Assembly: GCF_964355755.1 (NCBI RefSeq)
Contig: NC_092673.1
Location: forward strand, 3,038,001-3,102,000
Reading direction: 5' to 3'
Length of the DNA stretch: 64,000 nucleotides
DNA from: Antedon mediterranea
Taxonomy: Eukaryota > Animalia > Echinodermata
Shown here: positions 14,401-24,943 of the stretch, piece after piece
How the letters are laid out: the number at the start of each line of letters is the position of its first letter
Numbering within the stretch: the first letter of the stretch is position 1
Notes under the pieces: generated by a model
Database searches by the model: none
What the model was told of the DNA's origin: nothing
What the model saw: only the letters and a program-made list of their open reading frames with translations
Position numbers and translations under genes: made by a program

Positions 14401-17400
14401 ATAAGAACAATTAATTACATATACAGTAATACATTAAATATCTGTACCTCTCCGCCAACAAACAGACCATCTCTGTGTAAAGTCATGCAGCTGAATGCCC
14501 CTTCACCAAGCCTCTGTGCATTATCTTCCTGTAATGATTCTGAAAAAAATGTAATCAAATATTACTTCATAGCTTGTGGAATGGAATAGAGCCACTGCAA
14601 CCATGCCTATGACTTCCAAATATACTGTACAAGTTTAAAGGATCATTAGGTTATATGCATTAATGCATATAACCTCTTGATTCTGTCAGAATCTTTATTT
14701 ATTTCTTTATTTATTTATTTATTTATTTATTCTTTCTTAGCACTATTTGTCCGTCCATTATCTTGATATCAGTTTCATCTAACTAAATCAATTTTTCAGA
14801 GTATATTCCTTATGGCCAGGAATCGATGTGGTTATATTTTCACGATGCGCAATCAAAAATTACGCGGTCTACGCGCGATTTTACGAAATCACGTTTGTAA
14901 TCATATCTTCACAAGCATGAATCACAATTAAACAAAATTTGGTACTCATAAATTTCAGGTCATATTTCATCATATGGCAATACAATTACGTGCGTAGCGC
15001 ATATAACGCTTGCGTACGCGCGCTTAAAATGTTCAAAATTGTCAAAATTTATTTTCGATGAAATTAAAGTACGTTTCAGGAAATTTTAAGCGTTTAAAAA
15101 ATTGCCATGAGTGCGCAGATTTTTGCACGCGCACTGCGCGTTAAACGTTAATGCGCACTCTTTTTGCCCGATTTCTGTTTTACAATCTTTCTTTAATAAT
15201 ATCATCATATTTGATTCACGTTTCAACTCGAAATTGCGTTATACGAGCACGTCAAAAGTGACTGGCTACGCACGTATAAGTTAACAAAATGGTGAAAATA
15301 TGCTAAATTTTAAAATTAATATATATCGTCAGAATGCAAGGGAACACCTACTTTTTATTTCATTTTCTTGAAGTGTATGCATCATATGTATGATATTATT
15401 ATCAAATTAAGAGAACAAAAGTTGATTAAGTCATGATTAATTGCATATTAAATTTAAAAAAAATAATTTCGACAATCAAACAAATTATGACATTTTCTTA
15501 GGCCAAAATAACAAACTTAACATTAACTTTCTTCCTTCAAAAGTTCATATATTAAAGTTAAAAGTATATAGTTTGACAGTGCATCATTTGTTTACATTTT
15601 AAAGATGTCATCATAGTAAAAAATTATAATTCATTTCAGTATGTAATAATCTATTTGCACCAAAGTGGTTACTGCATAGAAAATACACGGAGGAATTTTT
15701 CTACAACTTTTAGTCAGTTGTGTATGGCTCGATGGTCTGTGCTCGTGTCTATGGCATTCAAGGTACCGAGATCGAGTCTCACCTTGGGAAACGAAATAAG
15801 ATTTTTTTTTCATTATCCGTATTGTTTGTTCAAATTTATTTCTTAGTGTATAGATTATACGCATAATTTATAATGAAATCTAGATAAAAATTAACTTATG
15901 TCTTTATTATTATGTAACAACAAATGTGGTTTATGACATTATACGCATATGGATCTTTGATCGGATTGTGATACCGGCTATGGTGTTCGCGTTAGCAAGG
16001 TCCTATCATTATATTATAAATAATTAAAGATTATGAGAACATCAATCAATCAATATATCTTTTAAAAATCAATTATCTTTATTTAAATCAATGCATATAA
16101 CCTATAATTCGTCATAGTGACGAATTAAATCTAGTTTAAATTGAATCATGCTCCATTTGTTTCAAGTATTTATGCACGATAATGCGGTACCAGATTATCA
16201 TTTTAACTAAAACATTGAAAAAGTATATTTCTTAAGCTCTGTCTAGACACTATCAAACTTTATTAGACAAAATAATGTGATGTGCCCATATATGGACATG
16301 ATGATGTCATATTACTACCATATTGAAGCATCACTACCATAAATGGGCACATCACACATTTTTTGTCAAATTACTCTGATAGTGTAGTCAGAGCTTTAGT
16401 TCATAAATTTGAATATCTGAACTCACCATCTATGACTGTAGGCATTTTCAGAATCGATGATTCCGTTTTAGTCCGATTCATCGTATTCTGTCTCTTCATT
16501 CCATCACTGTCCATTGTCTCAACATCGAAAGTTTCAGTATTTACAAGTAACAGCTGCCCTCCACGACAACCAACATACAGATCCCCACTCGGTGTCCAGC
16601 AATGAGAGCTTGGTACCACATGGTGCTTGTTCTCATCAAAGTCACCATCAAAGGTGTCTGTTAAGTCTCCGATGATTCCAGCGATGGCTGAAGACGGTAG
16701 AATTAAGTCATGGTTTGCTACTTTGCTACCTGGCCTGTCAATCAAGTCTCCTCCGGTTGATGGGCGTTTGCCATCTTCAAATGGTAAGCTCATTTTGCTA
16801 TAAAATCAAATGTTATATTTATCAAACTAGATTAAATTAGACTAAGCCATATAAACTTAACACATATTTCTATAAAATTTACAACCATGTGAGGGTGTGT
16901 GGCTCAGTGTGTTGGAAGTTTGATTACTGATCATGCGATTGTGGTTCGAATCCAACGCTAGTCACATTGATGGTATTCATAGGAAAGACACCTTACTTAC
17001 ATTTGACTGATTTGCACTGATTACTAGCTGCATTATGGGAGTATGTTTCCAATGTTTGATCCCAAAAAATGACTGGGGTAATGTATTATGTGCAGTGCAG
17101 AGGTAAGCTTGTATGCACTATATAAGAATGAACTATTATTATAATTATTACTAACCTGGGTACCAAAAGGTACTGAGTATCAGCCTGTTGGATAGTACAA
17201 ACTGTGACATGCTCATCTCCCAAGAAGCAAACTTTATGCCAGTCAGTAGGGTTGAAAGACAAGCTGTTACATCCCAGTAAACCTATATCTGTCTGGCAAA
17301 GAAGATCACCACTCTCCATGCTCCTAATATATATATTTAAAAACAGATAAATTAAGTTGATGCACTCTAGAAATGATGAAAGAAAGGAAGATAAGACACC

Positions 17401-18701
17401 ATTTTAAGAGGAACATATTTTCGACAATAAGGATTGACTGGTTGAATAATGAATATAAGATTTATTGATTTACACATCAAGCAGTTTGTGATGTTTGCAA
17501 AGTTGATCCACTTACCATAACATTACTGAAAAGTCAGGAACTCCAGAACAACTGATTAGGTATGGATGAGAACTTGAGATTGTGAGGCAAGAATACTCAA
17601 GCTGGGCTCCATCTAAAAAAACAAAATTAAATATGAATTTGTTGTTGTGAGATGTTTTACTTTTAGCTTCATGTGTGAAATATTTTAGGGAGTGGTGTTA
17701 AAAATTCTATGACCTCACACTTGCTTAAGCTCTGTCTACACTATAAAAAAAAATGTGATGTGCCCATATATGGACATATCACTACCATATTTAAAAAAAC
17801 ATACCTTCACAAATAACTTTCTGAGTAAAACTTGGATAACTGAAGATGAATATTCTTGGACTAAGACAGTTTTCTGAAAATGCAACTAAATTTTGAGTTC
17901 CGCAGACAGTGAATGCACCAATGCCCTCGCCTGGAGAAGAATGAATAGCTTCATTCTTTGTTCTGATGTCTAAAAACTTAACAAAATTACCACAAGGATA
18001 GCAAATTGTGTTTTGGTTGATAAATAGTGCGTTCGACCCATTATATCCTTGTGCCCATCTGAAAAAAATAATAAAGTTTAAATATTACGTACTGCCTCAG
18101 TACTTTGAGATTGTTAACTAGCCTAGTAGGCCTAGGCCTATAGGCCTAGGCTAGGCCTATGATAAATTTTAAAAATGTAGTTTCTCCAATATAGGCAATG
18201 CACTGCGATGCTCATCATTTGCATTTTCATTAGGGCCTACTACTAGCCTAGCTAGACCTAAAAATTAATTATTGTTGCAACCAATAAGTTACATTAGTGG
18301 AATGGCATAGCCTAGCTAGGCTAACTGAAACTTGATTGATTGAATGAAATGAATGAATGGATTTGATAAATGATAGACACAAGCAACCAAAATATCCATC
18401 ATTCATAATTATATAATAGTAATACTTAATAATAGTTAATATTGGCCCTAACACACATTCTGAACACACTTGAAAGTAATAATCACAATTTGTTTGTTTA
18501 TATCTAGTCTAGGCCGAGGCCTGGGCTTCTAAAACAAGACAGACTGCACTACAATCGGCCGTGGCTGTTTGGTTGATGTGTATCATGTTGTGTGCAGACA
18601 GGGGCCTAGCTTTTCAATACAGGTTCTATTCAAATTATTGCATTTATATTTAGTATCTGTAGATGCACTTACGAAATGTTTAAAGATCCTATTTCATCCA
18701 T
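2451..18701 (-). CDS. CFAP43: Cilia- and flagella-associated protein 43 (WDR96), WD40 repeats plus coiled coil; 3'-incomplete in window
   Basis: 29 GT-AG exons with consistent phases: 18673-18701, 17805-18058, 17516-17612, 17156-17323, 16427-16797, 14448-14539, 14146-14277, 13479-13595, 13156-13236, 12664-12916, 11943-12095, 10899-11083, 10277-10557, 9902-10082, 9437-9532, 9228-9305, 8832-8957, 8287-8391, 7539-7655, 7259-7303, 6965-7132, 6486-6692, 6222-6392, 5720-5848, 5197-5316, 4770-5053, 3565-3790, 3186-3298, 2451-2610 (4539 nt, 1513 aa). Peptides [56 protein letters not shown] and LKQGQVEI...[12 protein letters not shown] match my recollection of CFAP43. Confidence 0.93.
3025..3145. mobile_element. 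Harbinger/PIF-like MITE family A copy
   Basis: TIR AGCTCTGTCTACACTATCAAAC ... GTTTGATAGTGTAGACAGAGCT with TWA flanks. Confidence 0.8.
3407..3524. mobile_element. MITE family A copy
   Basis: Same termini and internal sequence in the opposite orientation. Confidence 0.75.
3893..4019. mobile_element. MITE family A copy
   Basis: Both TIRs present. A partial copy follows at 4136-4217. Confidence 0.8.
4245..4705. mobile_element. L2-type LINE 3' fragment (+, about 4390-4705) with an inverted second copy of its 3' tail (4245-4335)
   Basis: Peptide [36 protein letters not shown] (CR1/L2 ORF2 C-terminus), GCGCTCTG..GCGCCATATAAA tail and (ATAGA)n. The about 90-bp tail is repeated in reverse complement. 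Confidence 0.8.
5419..5704 (-). mobile_element. tRNA-derived SINE with CORE-like domain and L2-type tail
   Basis: Minus strand: GGCGCAGTGTGTTGG (A box), GGTTCAAATCC (B box), CCTTAGGCAAGATACTT...CCACCCAGGTGTATAAAATGGGTAC, GCGCTATATAAG(..)TATTATTATT tail. Confidence 0.8.
5931..6066 (-). mobile_element. 5' part of Deu-domain SINE
   Basis: Reverse complement matches the head of the 12191-12460 copy (GTAATTACGTA, GGTAGAACAAG, CTCGGATAAGGACTA). Confidence 0.7.
6741..6858. mobile_element. MITE family A partial copy
   Basis: Left TIR plus internal 21-bp units; right TIR lost. Confidence 0.7.
7735..8125 (-). mobile_element. CR1/L2-group LINE 3' fragment
   Basis: Peptide [27 protein letters not shown]...[10 protein letters not shown], then a 3' UTR with AATAAA. 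Abutted by a MITE A fragment at about 8130-8200. Confidence 0.75.
10651..10842. mobile_element. Harbinger-like MITE family B
   Basis: AGCGTTGTTCCCACTAG ... CTAGTGTAAACCAAGCC with TTA flanks. A related shorter copy lies at 27519-27611. Confidence 0.65.
11332..11640 (-). mobile_element. CR1-group LINE 3' tail relic
   Basis: (ATTCAG)3 terminal repeat next to TTTATT and a GGATCCCTTCTAGAAG..CTTGTC..AGGGACCC hairpin typical of such tails. Confidence 0.45.
12191..12460 (+). mobile_element. tRNA-derived SINE with Deu (AmnSINE1/SINE3-like) central domain
   Basis: A box TAGTCGAGCGG, then GGATAAAGACTATAAACC...TGCACTTTAAAGAACTC...TTTCGAGACGAGTAGGGGGGTTACCCCGGTG, resembling the Deu domain as I recall it. 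Confidence 0.75.
13350..13468. mobile_element. MITE family A partial copy
   Basis: Internal units plus right TIR ending about 10 bp from a CFAP43 donor. Confidence 0.7.
13628..14006 (+). mobile_element. L2 LINE 3' fragment (5'-truncated)
   Basis: [23 protein letters not shown]...R.LRS...WGQRSF.VAA..VWNSLP..FKTNLKT.LF, then GCGCCATGAG...GCGCTATATAAG and an (ATT)n tail. Confidence 0.9.
14646..16137 (+). mobile_element. Helentron-type non-autonomous element (HINE/DINE-1-like)
   Basis: 5' subTIR TAGGTTATATGCATT with an adjacent inverted copy, (TTTA)n microsatellite at 14688-14735, 3' subTIR AATGCATATAACCTA at 16090-16104, hairpin AATTCGTCA-TAG-TGACGAATT, terminal CTAGTTT. Confidence 0.75.
16235..16395. 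mobile_element. MITE family A copy
   Basis: Both TIRs; TTA on both flanks (TSD). Confidence 0.8.
16891..17150 (+). mobile_element. tRNA-derived CORE-like SINE (same family as 5419-5704)
   Basis: TGGCTCAGTGTGTTGG A box, GGTTCGAATCC B box, CTATATAAGAATGAACTATTATT tail. Confidence 0.75.
17728..17791. mobile_element. MITE family A partial copy
   Basis: Left TIR plus a short internal part. Confidence 0.65.
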
Positions 18702-19252
18702 GTTTATTAAAAACAATCAACATTACATTTAACCCAGTGGAATATTAATGAAATAAAACACGAATAAATGTATAAATTTCTGCGTCCGTGTTACCATGGG
18801 TACAAATTACACATGCGCAATTATTGTAAGGTCAAAACAAACATATATTTATTAAATAAACTAAAAAACCATTGATTGGACTTACATATATGTATAATAT
18901 TAAGATTTATAAAAGGTGAATATTCAGTAGAATTTTATTTGGTTACATTAATGATAAGATTCTTCTATTATTTGCTATTATTTTGACAATTCAAACTACT
19001 ACTTATGCGCGTATCAAGGTTAAATTCCATCACTTCCGGTTCGAAAGACGATTTTTAAATCGCGCATGGTTGTTTTGACGGTCGTGTGGGTGGTGGAGGG
19101 CTAATAAGGAGCTAAATACTCCCAAAAACGTTATTAGAAATGTACATTTTTAGGTTACTAAGTATCTTTAAAGATTGATATATTCAGAACTATATCTGTT
19201 TATTATTTAAGTAAATTTATTTCTTGGGCTAGTCCTTTAATATTTAGGCACC
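18702..19252. promoter_or_regulatory. Compact divergent (bidirectional) promoter region of CFAP43 and STARD7
   Basis: ATGs are 551 bp apart. Contains the X-box, CATGCGCA (NRF1-like, about 18812), ATTGG (about 18876) and CACTTCCGGT (ETS/GABP-like, 19031-19040). Confidence 0.65.
18790..18803 (-). promoter_or_regulatory. RFX X-box upstream of CFAP43
   Basis: Minus strand reads GTACCC-AT-GGTAAC, fitting the X-box consensus GTHNYY-AT-RRNAAC, about 90 bp upstream of the ATG of a motile-cilia gene. Confidence 0.75.
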
Positions 19253-22200
19253 ATGTTTCGGTACGCATTTAGCACCGGTCGATGCAATATGAAGGCGTTC
19301 TTGCCGTATAAAAGGTCGATTGTGAACAGTCAATCAAGGTCGGGACCTAGGAATTTCCAATCCTGGACAAAATTGTTAAAATTAGTTTTTCTGAAGAAAT
19401 CTTGGAGTGAAAATGTTTTTGCTTTAACTCGTATTGTAGTTCAACAAATAAACTTTTATGCAATGCACAGAATTCGTCGTTTTGAGCAAATTTTACAACT
19501 TTATAACAACATTTATTCAGAACGTGCTATTCAAAATTTAGCCTCAAATTTTCAACGTACAAATTGGTTTCGAGATCGACGAAAACCTTTTTATATTTTA
19601 TTTGGAGGTGCTTGTTTTGCTTGGAACGATGATGGTGCAACAGATAATAATATTAAACAGTGAGTATTTGTAGGAAATTGTTTAATTTATTAATTTAAAT
19701 TCAGTAGTAAGTACAGTACTAGTATTATATTTTATATCAAATTTTAGTGACATGAATATTTTTCTTACAGCTTATTCACGATACGGAAGACATCTTTGAT
19801 TGATGACAAACAATGCTGTGCAGGAAAGCATAACAATAACATAGCACGCCGAGCATATTTTCCCGAGGACAAGTTAACAATTTGTACAGACAGTCTTATG
19901 AACAAAATTTTTCCTGTAAAATGTTGTTCAAAGATTAGCATACACATCACTATATGATAAAAACAAAATTGTTTTGATTGCCTAAAATCCATGGGAAAAA
20001 GCTAAGAAAATCATAGTATAAGCATAGACACCACGGTGTAAAACAGTGGTGGAAAGTGTGCCTATGCTTATACAATTTTTTCTTTGAATTTTAGGCGATC
20101 AAAACAATTGTTCAAATTTTTAAAATCGTACAGTTATGTAGGCCAATCTTTTAGGAACATTATACAGGAAATTGGTATCCTGAAATCCCTTGAAAACACT
20201 ATGTTATTTTTGTTGGTTATGCCTCGCTGCAGAGTTTGTCAACAATCAAAGATGTCTTGTCGTATCGTGAAAAAGGTCTTTTGTTAATTAGTAAACTGTG
20301 ACTCAAAACATAACAGTTGATTGATTGTAAATTTTATAACGTCCTTTTTCTATAATAATTCATAAATAAAATGTCCTTGATTTATCAAGAATATTCCATA
20401 GCTGCCTAATATTTTCTTAATATTTTCTATTAAAAAAATAAATGTATTTGAATGATTTGTGCAATTTGGTACATAGTTTAAAACAGTGCAAAGTATTTAA
20501 TATATTTATAAAAATATGCAGCAATATATTTTAATAACTCTATAAAACATAAAAGGTCCTTGCGCTTTTTAGTCTAAACAAATTCTTTTTTTTGCTGTAC
20601 TGTATGCCTTTTGTATGACAGAGTACAGACTATCAATGTGAACAGATAATTTAAATAATTAAATTAAAAATATCTCTATAGTTAGCCCTAATCCTATGAA
20701 TTATTTTGTTTCACAGGTGTAAGGATGATATGGAAGCGATCACCTTTTTCGCCGATTCCGTTGAGTCTATGCCAGATGTGTTCGCATCATGGGAGACAGT
20801 CATCAACAGAGATCACCTAAAAGCTTGGCGTAAACAACTTGGTAATTCACATTTATACGAATACAAAAGTAAGTTGTTTACACTGTCGTGATATTCATTT
20901 TGAGCAAAATTTAAAGGGAATCATGTTTAGCTAACTGCACACAGGATTTGCATACAATTGATTAATTAACCCAAGGTTCATGTTGAAGGCTAAAGCTCTG
21001 TTTACTCTATCAAACTCAAACAAAAAAAGTGTGATGTGCCCAAATATGGTAGTGATATGCTCAAATATGGTAGTGATATGCTCAAATATGGTAGTGATAT
21101 GCTCAAATATGGTAGTGATATGCCTAAATATGGTAGTGGTATGACATCATCATGTCCATATATGGGCACATCACATTCAACTAGTTTGATAGTGTAGACA
21201 GAACTTTAGTAATGCTTCAATTGTTGTGTTTTGTCTGCTTATCATGATTAACAATAGTTTGCATTAAAATACAACAATTGTTAATTATTAATTTGTTTAT
21301 TGATCTTGTTAAGATTGATTTTGTAGAGTATTGTATACAGTAGTGGCACAATATAGATGGTTTTCTTTAATTCCCAATATCATTGGTTCAATCCTGATCT
21401 AATAGTAATACATTATTAATTTCAATTACATATATCACAGCCTGTGTCCCAACAAAAGTGTATGGCTCAAACATAAAAGAAAAGAAAAAAATTCAATATA
21501 ATATATGAAACGTGTTGAACACAAAATGTAAGGAAAATTTAGAAGCCCAGTTACATAAATTTGACCAACCCATGTGCGACTATATTCAAATGAGGTTCTG
21601 CACCGTATATACTGTATTAGTAGGAAGATGATGATGAACAATGAATGCACTGTAATCATTTAAGTTAGTAATAAATATTCATTTAATATATAGTTTGATT
21701 TTTTTTAGTATTTTGTAGATTCTTCGACATCTCTGCTAAAGACTTTTTTCATGTCCAATGGGATCTTGACTACCGAAGAAAGTGGGACAAGCTGGCTGTG
21801 AAACTTGAACTTGTCAATAAAGAGGCTCAGAACTCTGATATAGTTCACTGGGTGCTAAGATATCCAGTATGTTTCTATTTTTTTGTTTCATAAAATTAAT
21901 ACCTGGTAAATTATTAAAATAAATTCAAATAAATTTCCTGCCACATATATACACACAATACTGTATTATAACACATTTCTATTTGTAATAGAATTCATCA
22001 ACTTCCATTAATTTGCATTTACCAAGCATTTTGATAATAATTTTGTTGTATTTTTGTGATATTTAGGAACGTTTATTTGATTATATGCAAAAAAATCAAT
22101 AGCCTCCCTCGGCCCTAGGGCGTTTATTCAAATAAATATGGTATTTTATTGTAATATCATAATATGATCATTGTTACTTTACAAAAATAAACTTTAACAA

Positions 22201-24080
22201 TGAAAATTAATAAAAGAAAAGGAAAACATTTCTTAAAACCATTGCATAATTAATTCTTTATTATACTCCACTAACTGTGAAATATTTTTTCTTCTAATTT
22301 TACTTTATGAACAGTATCCAATGTACAACAGAGATTATGTGTATCGGCGACGTTATATTGTTGACCAACAACGTAATGTTGTTGTTATTTTCAACAAGAG
22401 TACTGATGATGATAGAGTACCAGAGAACAGCAGTATTGTTAGAGTTTCAGCCTACTATTCACATATGATCATCAAGCCCCATCTTACTATGGAAGAGGTA
22501 TTTGTTCATTTTTGGCATTTTATATTTTGCTTAGTTTGTCAGACTTGCTGTAATTTCTGGTGTGCAAAAAAAACAGTAACATGAATAAAGACGTTTTATT
22601 TGTCGACCCATTTGAGACATTCTCCTTTTCCAAAATGTTAACATTGTCAAATACCATATTGGTCAAGTATGATGAGGCATATTGTTCAGTAGACTAAAAA
22701 TTGGATCGGAAAAAAAAAATTTTACCCGAAAAAACTGTAATTTAAACCAAAAAATAGTCGAATTAGCTGCCAGCTAAAACATTTTGTTTTTCTACGTAAC
22801 TTAAAAATTACATTAAGTGACATATTCAAAATCTGATATTTTTAATTAATCTTCATTTTTCGTGTTTTTGGGGGAAAATACATCTGTATCTGTAAATAAA
22901 TAGCATGTTGTTTTTTTTTTCTTAACATAGAATGGATTTGACTTCATAATGACATATCATGACGACCCACGGACAAACTTCCCACCTAGTTGCATCAACT
23001 GGATGTCCAGCACAGGTCAGAATCTTGTATTTAGCTACCTTCTAGTAATCTAAAGCTCTGTTTACACTATCAAACTTTATGTGACAAAAAAAATGTGATG
23101 TGCCCAAATATGGACATGTCATAGCACTACCATATTAAGCATATTACTACCATATTTGGGCACATCACACTTTTTTGTCAAACTAGTTTGATAGTGTAGA
23201 CAGAGCTTCAGAGTACTAAGAAGGCAATCAGTGTGGACATACAGTAGCTTAAAATATATGCAATGCTGCCCTCTAAGTTTTTAAAACAGCATAGTTGTAT
23301 AGTTATATGCATTTTCATTTTAGAATTCAATTGATATATAGTTAATACATTTCTTGATTTAGGTTTCTGGATCTTGTATATATTTACTGGACATTGATAC
23401 TTTGCTTATTAAACCTGCTGCTTTTGTTTACATTAAGTCCAAATTGATATTAATTTATTTTCTCATTTCAATATGGTACTGCTGTAGGTAACCTTTTTCA
23501 ATAAAACCTACTTTTGTTAAATATTGTCTTTCAAGTAAATTAATTACTCTTAGAATTATGACTGTTGCTTTCTGAAAGCTGCAAGGAATCATTGAACTCA
23601 TTTTTTTTACAAAATTATTCAAACACTCTTTTATATTTTAAATGCGAAGTTTGTAGAAAAAAACCTGGATTTGAACATTTTTGTTTGTTTGAAATTCATA
23701 TCTACAATTTTAAATTAAAGTAACACAAAGATCAACTTATTTCCATTGTGGTCCTAAAATAATTACATGTATTACTAACAAAATAATTTCATCACATTTA
23801 AATCCTTTAGGGCAGAAATTGCTTTTGACCGATGCAATATAGTATATGATTTGCACAGTAATAATAATCAAAAAAACAGATTTAAAATTTAATTAAGATT
23901 TTGTGGAAGCTGCTTGGTTTGATAAATATTCGTTTATATTTTTTTTCTTCAGGTGTGCCAGACTATGTTGAAAAACTTCATCAGGCCACGCAAAAACTCA
24001 ATACCACATCAAACATAGTGCATTTATCAAGTTGTGACAATGATCAGCAAAATCATAACTCTGGACAGTACTCAACATAA
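19253..24080 (+). CDS. STARD7: StAR-related lipid transfer protein 7, mitochondrial (START domain, phosphatidylcholine transfer)
   Basis: 6 GT-AG exons: 19253-19659, 20717-20868, 21709-21866, 22315-22497, 22931-23015, 23953-24080 (1113 nt, 370 aa). Basic/Ser-rich presequence-like N-terminus, R-I-R-R..QI..LY motif, then START motifs W.....D....WRK, LYEYK, FFHVQWDLDYRRKWD, HWVLRYPYPMYNRDYVY.R, NGFDF..TY.DDP, GVPDYVEKLH.A. Confidence 0.93.
19771..20275. repeat. About 505-bp imperfect palindrome (foldback element) in STARD7 intron 1
   Basis: CTTATTCACGATACGGAAGACATCTTTGATTGATGACAAA pairs with 20235-20275. Inner blocks (TTGTTTTGATTGCCTAAAAT, GTATAAGCATAG) pair towards an axis near 20040. The right arm is similar to 39668-40010. 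Confidence 0.8.
20994..21205. mobile_element. MITE family A copy with five 21-bp units
   Basis: TIRs present; unit ATATGCTCAAATATGGTAGTG repeated about 5 times. Confidence 0.85.
23054..23207. mobile_element. MITE family A copy
   Basis: Both TIRs nearly perfect. Confidence 0.8.
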
Positions 24081-24943
24081 ACCGTGAGTAAACGCATTTA
24101 ATGAATAAACACATGAAATTGTGTTTGATTAGTGTTGCACAATATCGTAGTTACTTGTATAGTAAACAGTGGATTTGATTCTCTATAGTTGCAACTCAAT
24201 TGCAACTCTGCAACTCTTTACAACTCGACTATACCCTGATAAGTACTTCTGTGCAATCGCACTTTTGTACAAAAGCAGTCAAATCTATTTAGTACAAAAA
24301 ACAGAAAAATGAATACAAACAAGAAAAAATAAAAACACACAATAGATTCAGGATGATTCAGTTGATCAATAAAACATTATTTTTGATTGGGTTGTAATTA
24401 AAATGTGTTCATAACATAAACAATTCAAGCTTAGATTCAAAAACTATTTCAACATGGTATATCCAAGTAAAAATACAGCTATAGCATCTTTATTTCTATA
24501 GTTGCAACTTAAGTTTTACTTGAACTACTAAAAATTAAAACATTAGCATGGATAAACTTAGCATGCAAATTCACCTGTTTATAAAAAATGTTGCACAAGA
24601 AAAAAAAGTAAAACAAAAAGAAAACTATCTACAACTCTGACATGCATCTAAAACTCGAACTGAGATTTATTACATGCTTTAAAAAGTACACAGCCAATAT
24701 TTGCAGATCTTTTTTTGCAACTCAAATACTATAAATAAGTTAAAACATTATTTCTATTTTACTCTAGGTCTACTAATAATACTTAGTCGATGGTCATATA
24801 TCCAACGACCCACTGACATAAACTTGTTTGTCTATTTCAGTTTCGATGTTCCGGTATGATGTGGTATATAATATACTTTTCTCCTTTGGTTGAAACCTCC
24901 ATTGTTGATGTAGATTTACAATTATCTTTATTTCATCACGCAC

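Noticed and set aside
16891-16965. tRNA-like A and B boxes (also at 5640-5704 and 12195-12270)
   Set aside because: No clean cloverleaf; each continues into SINE body and tail sequence, so these are SINE heads, not tRNA genes.
20994-21205. Regularly spaced 21-bp repeats that superficially resemble a CRISPR array
   Set aside because: Units are contiguous with no unique spacers, lie inside a TIR element in a eukaryotic intron, and there are no cas genes.
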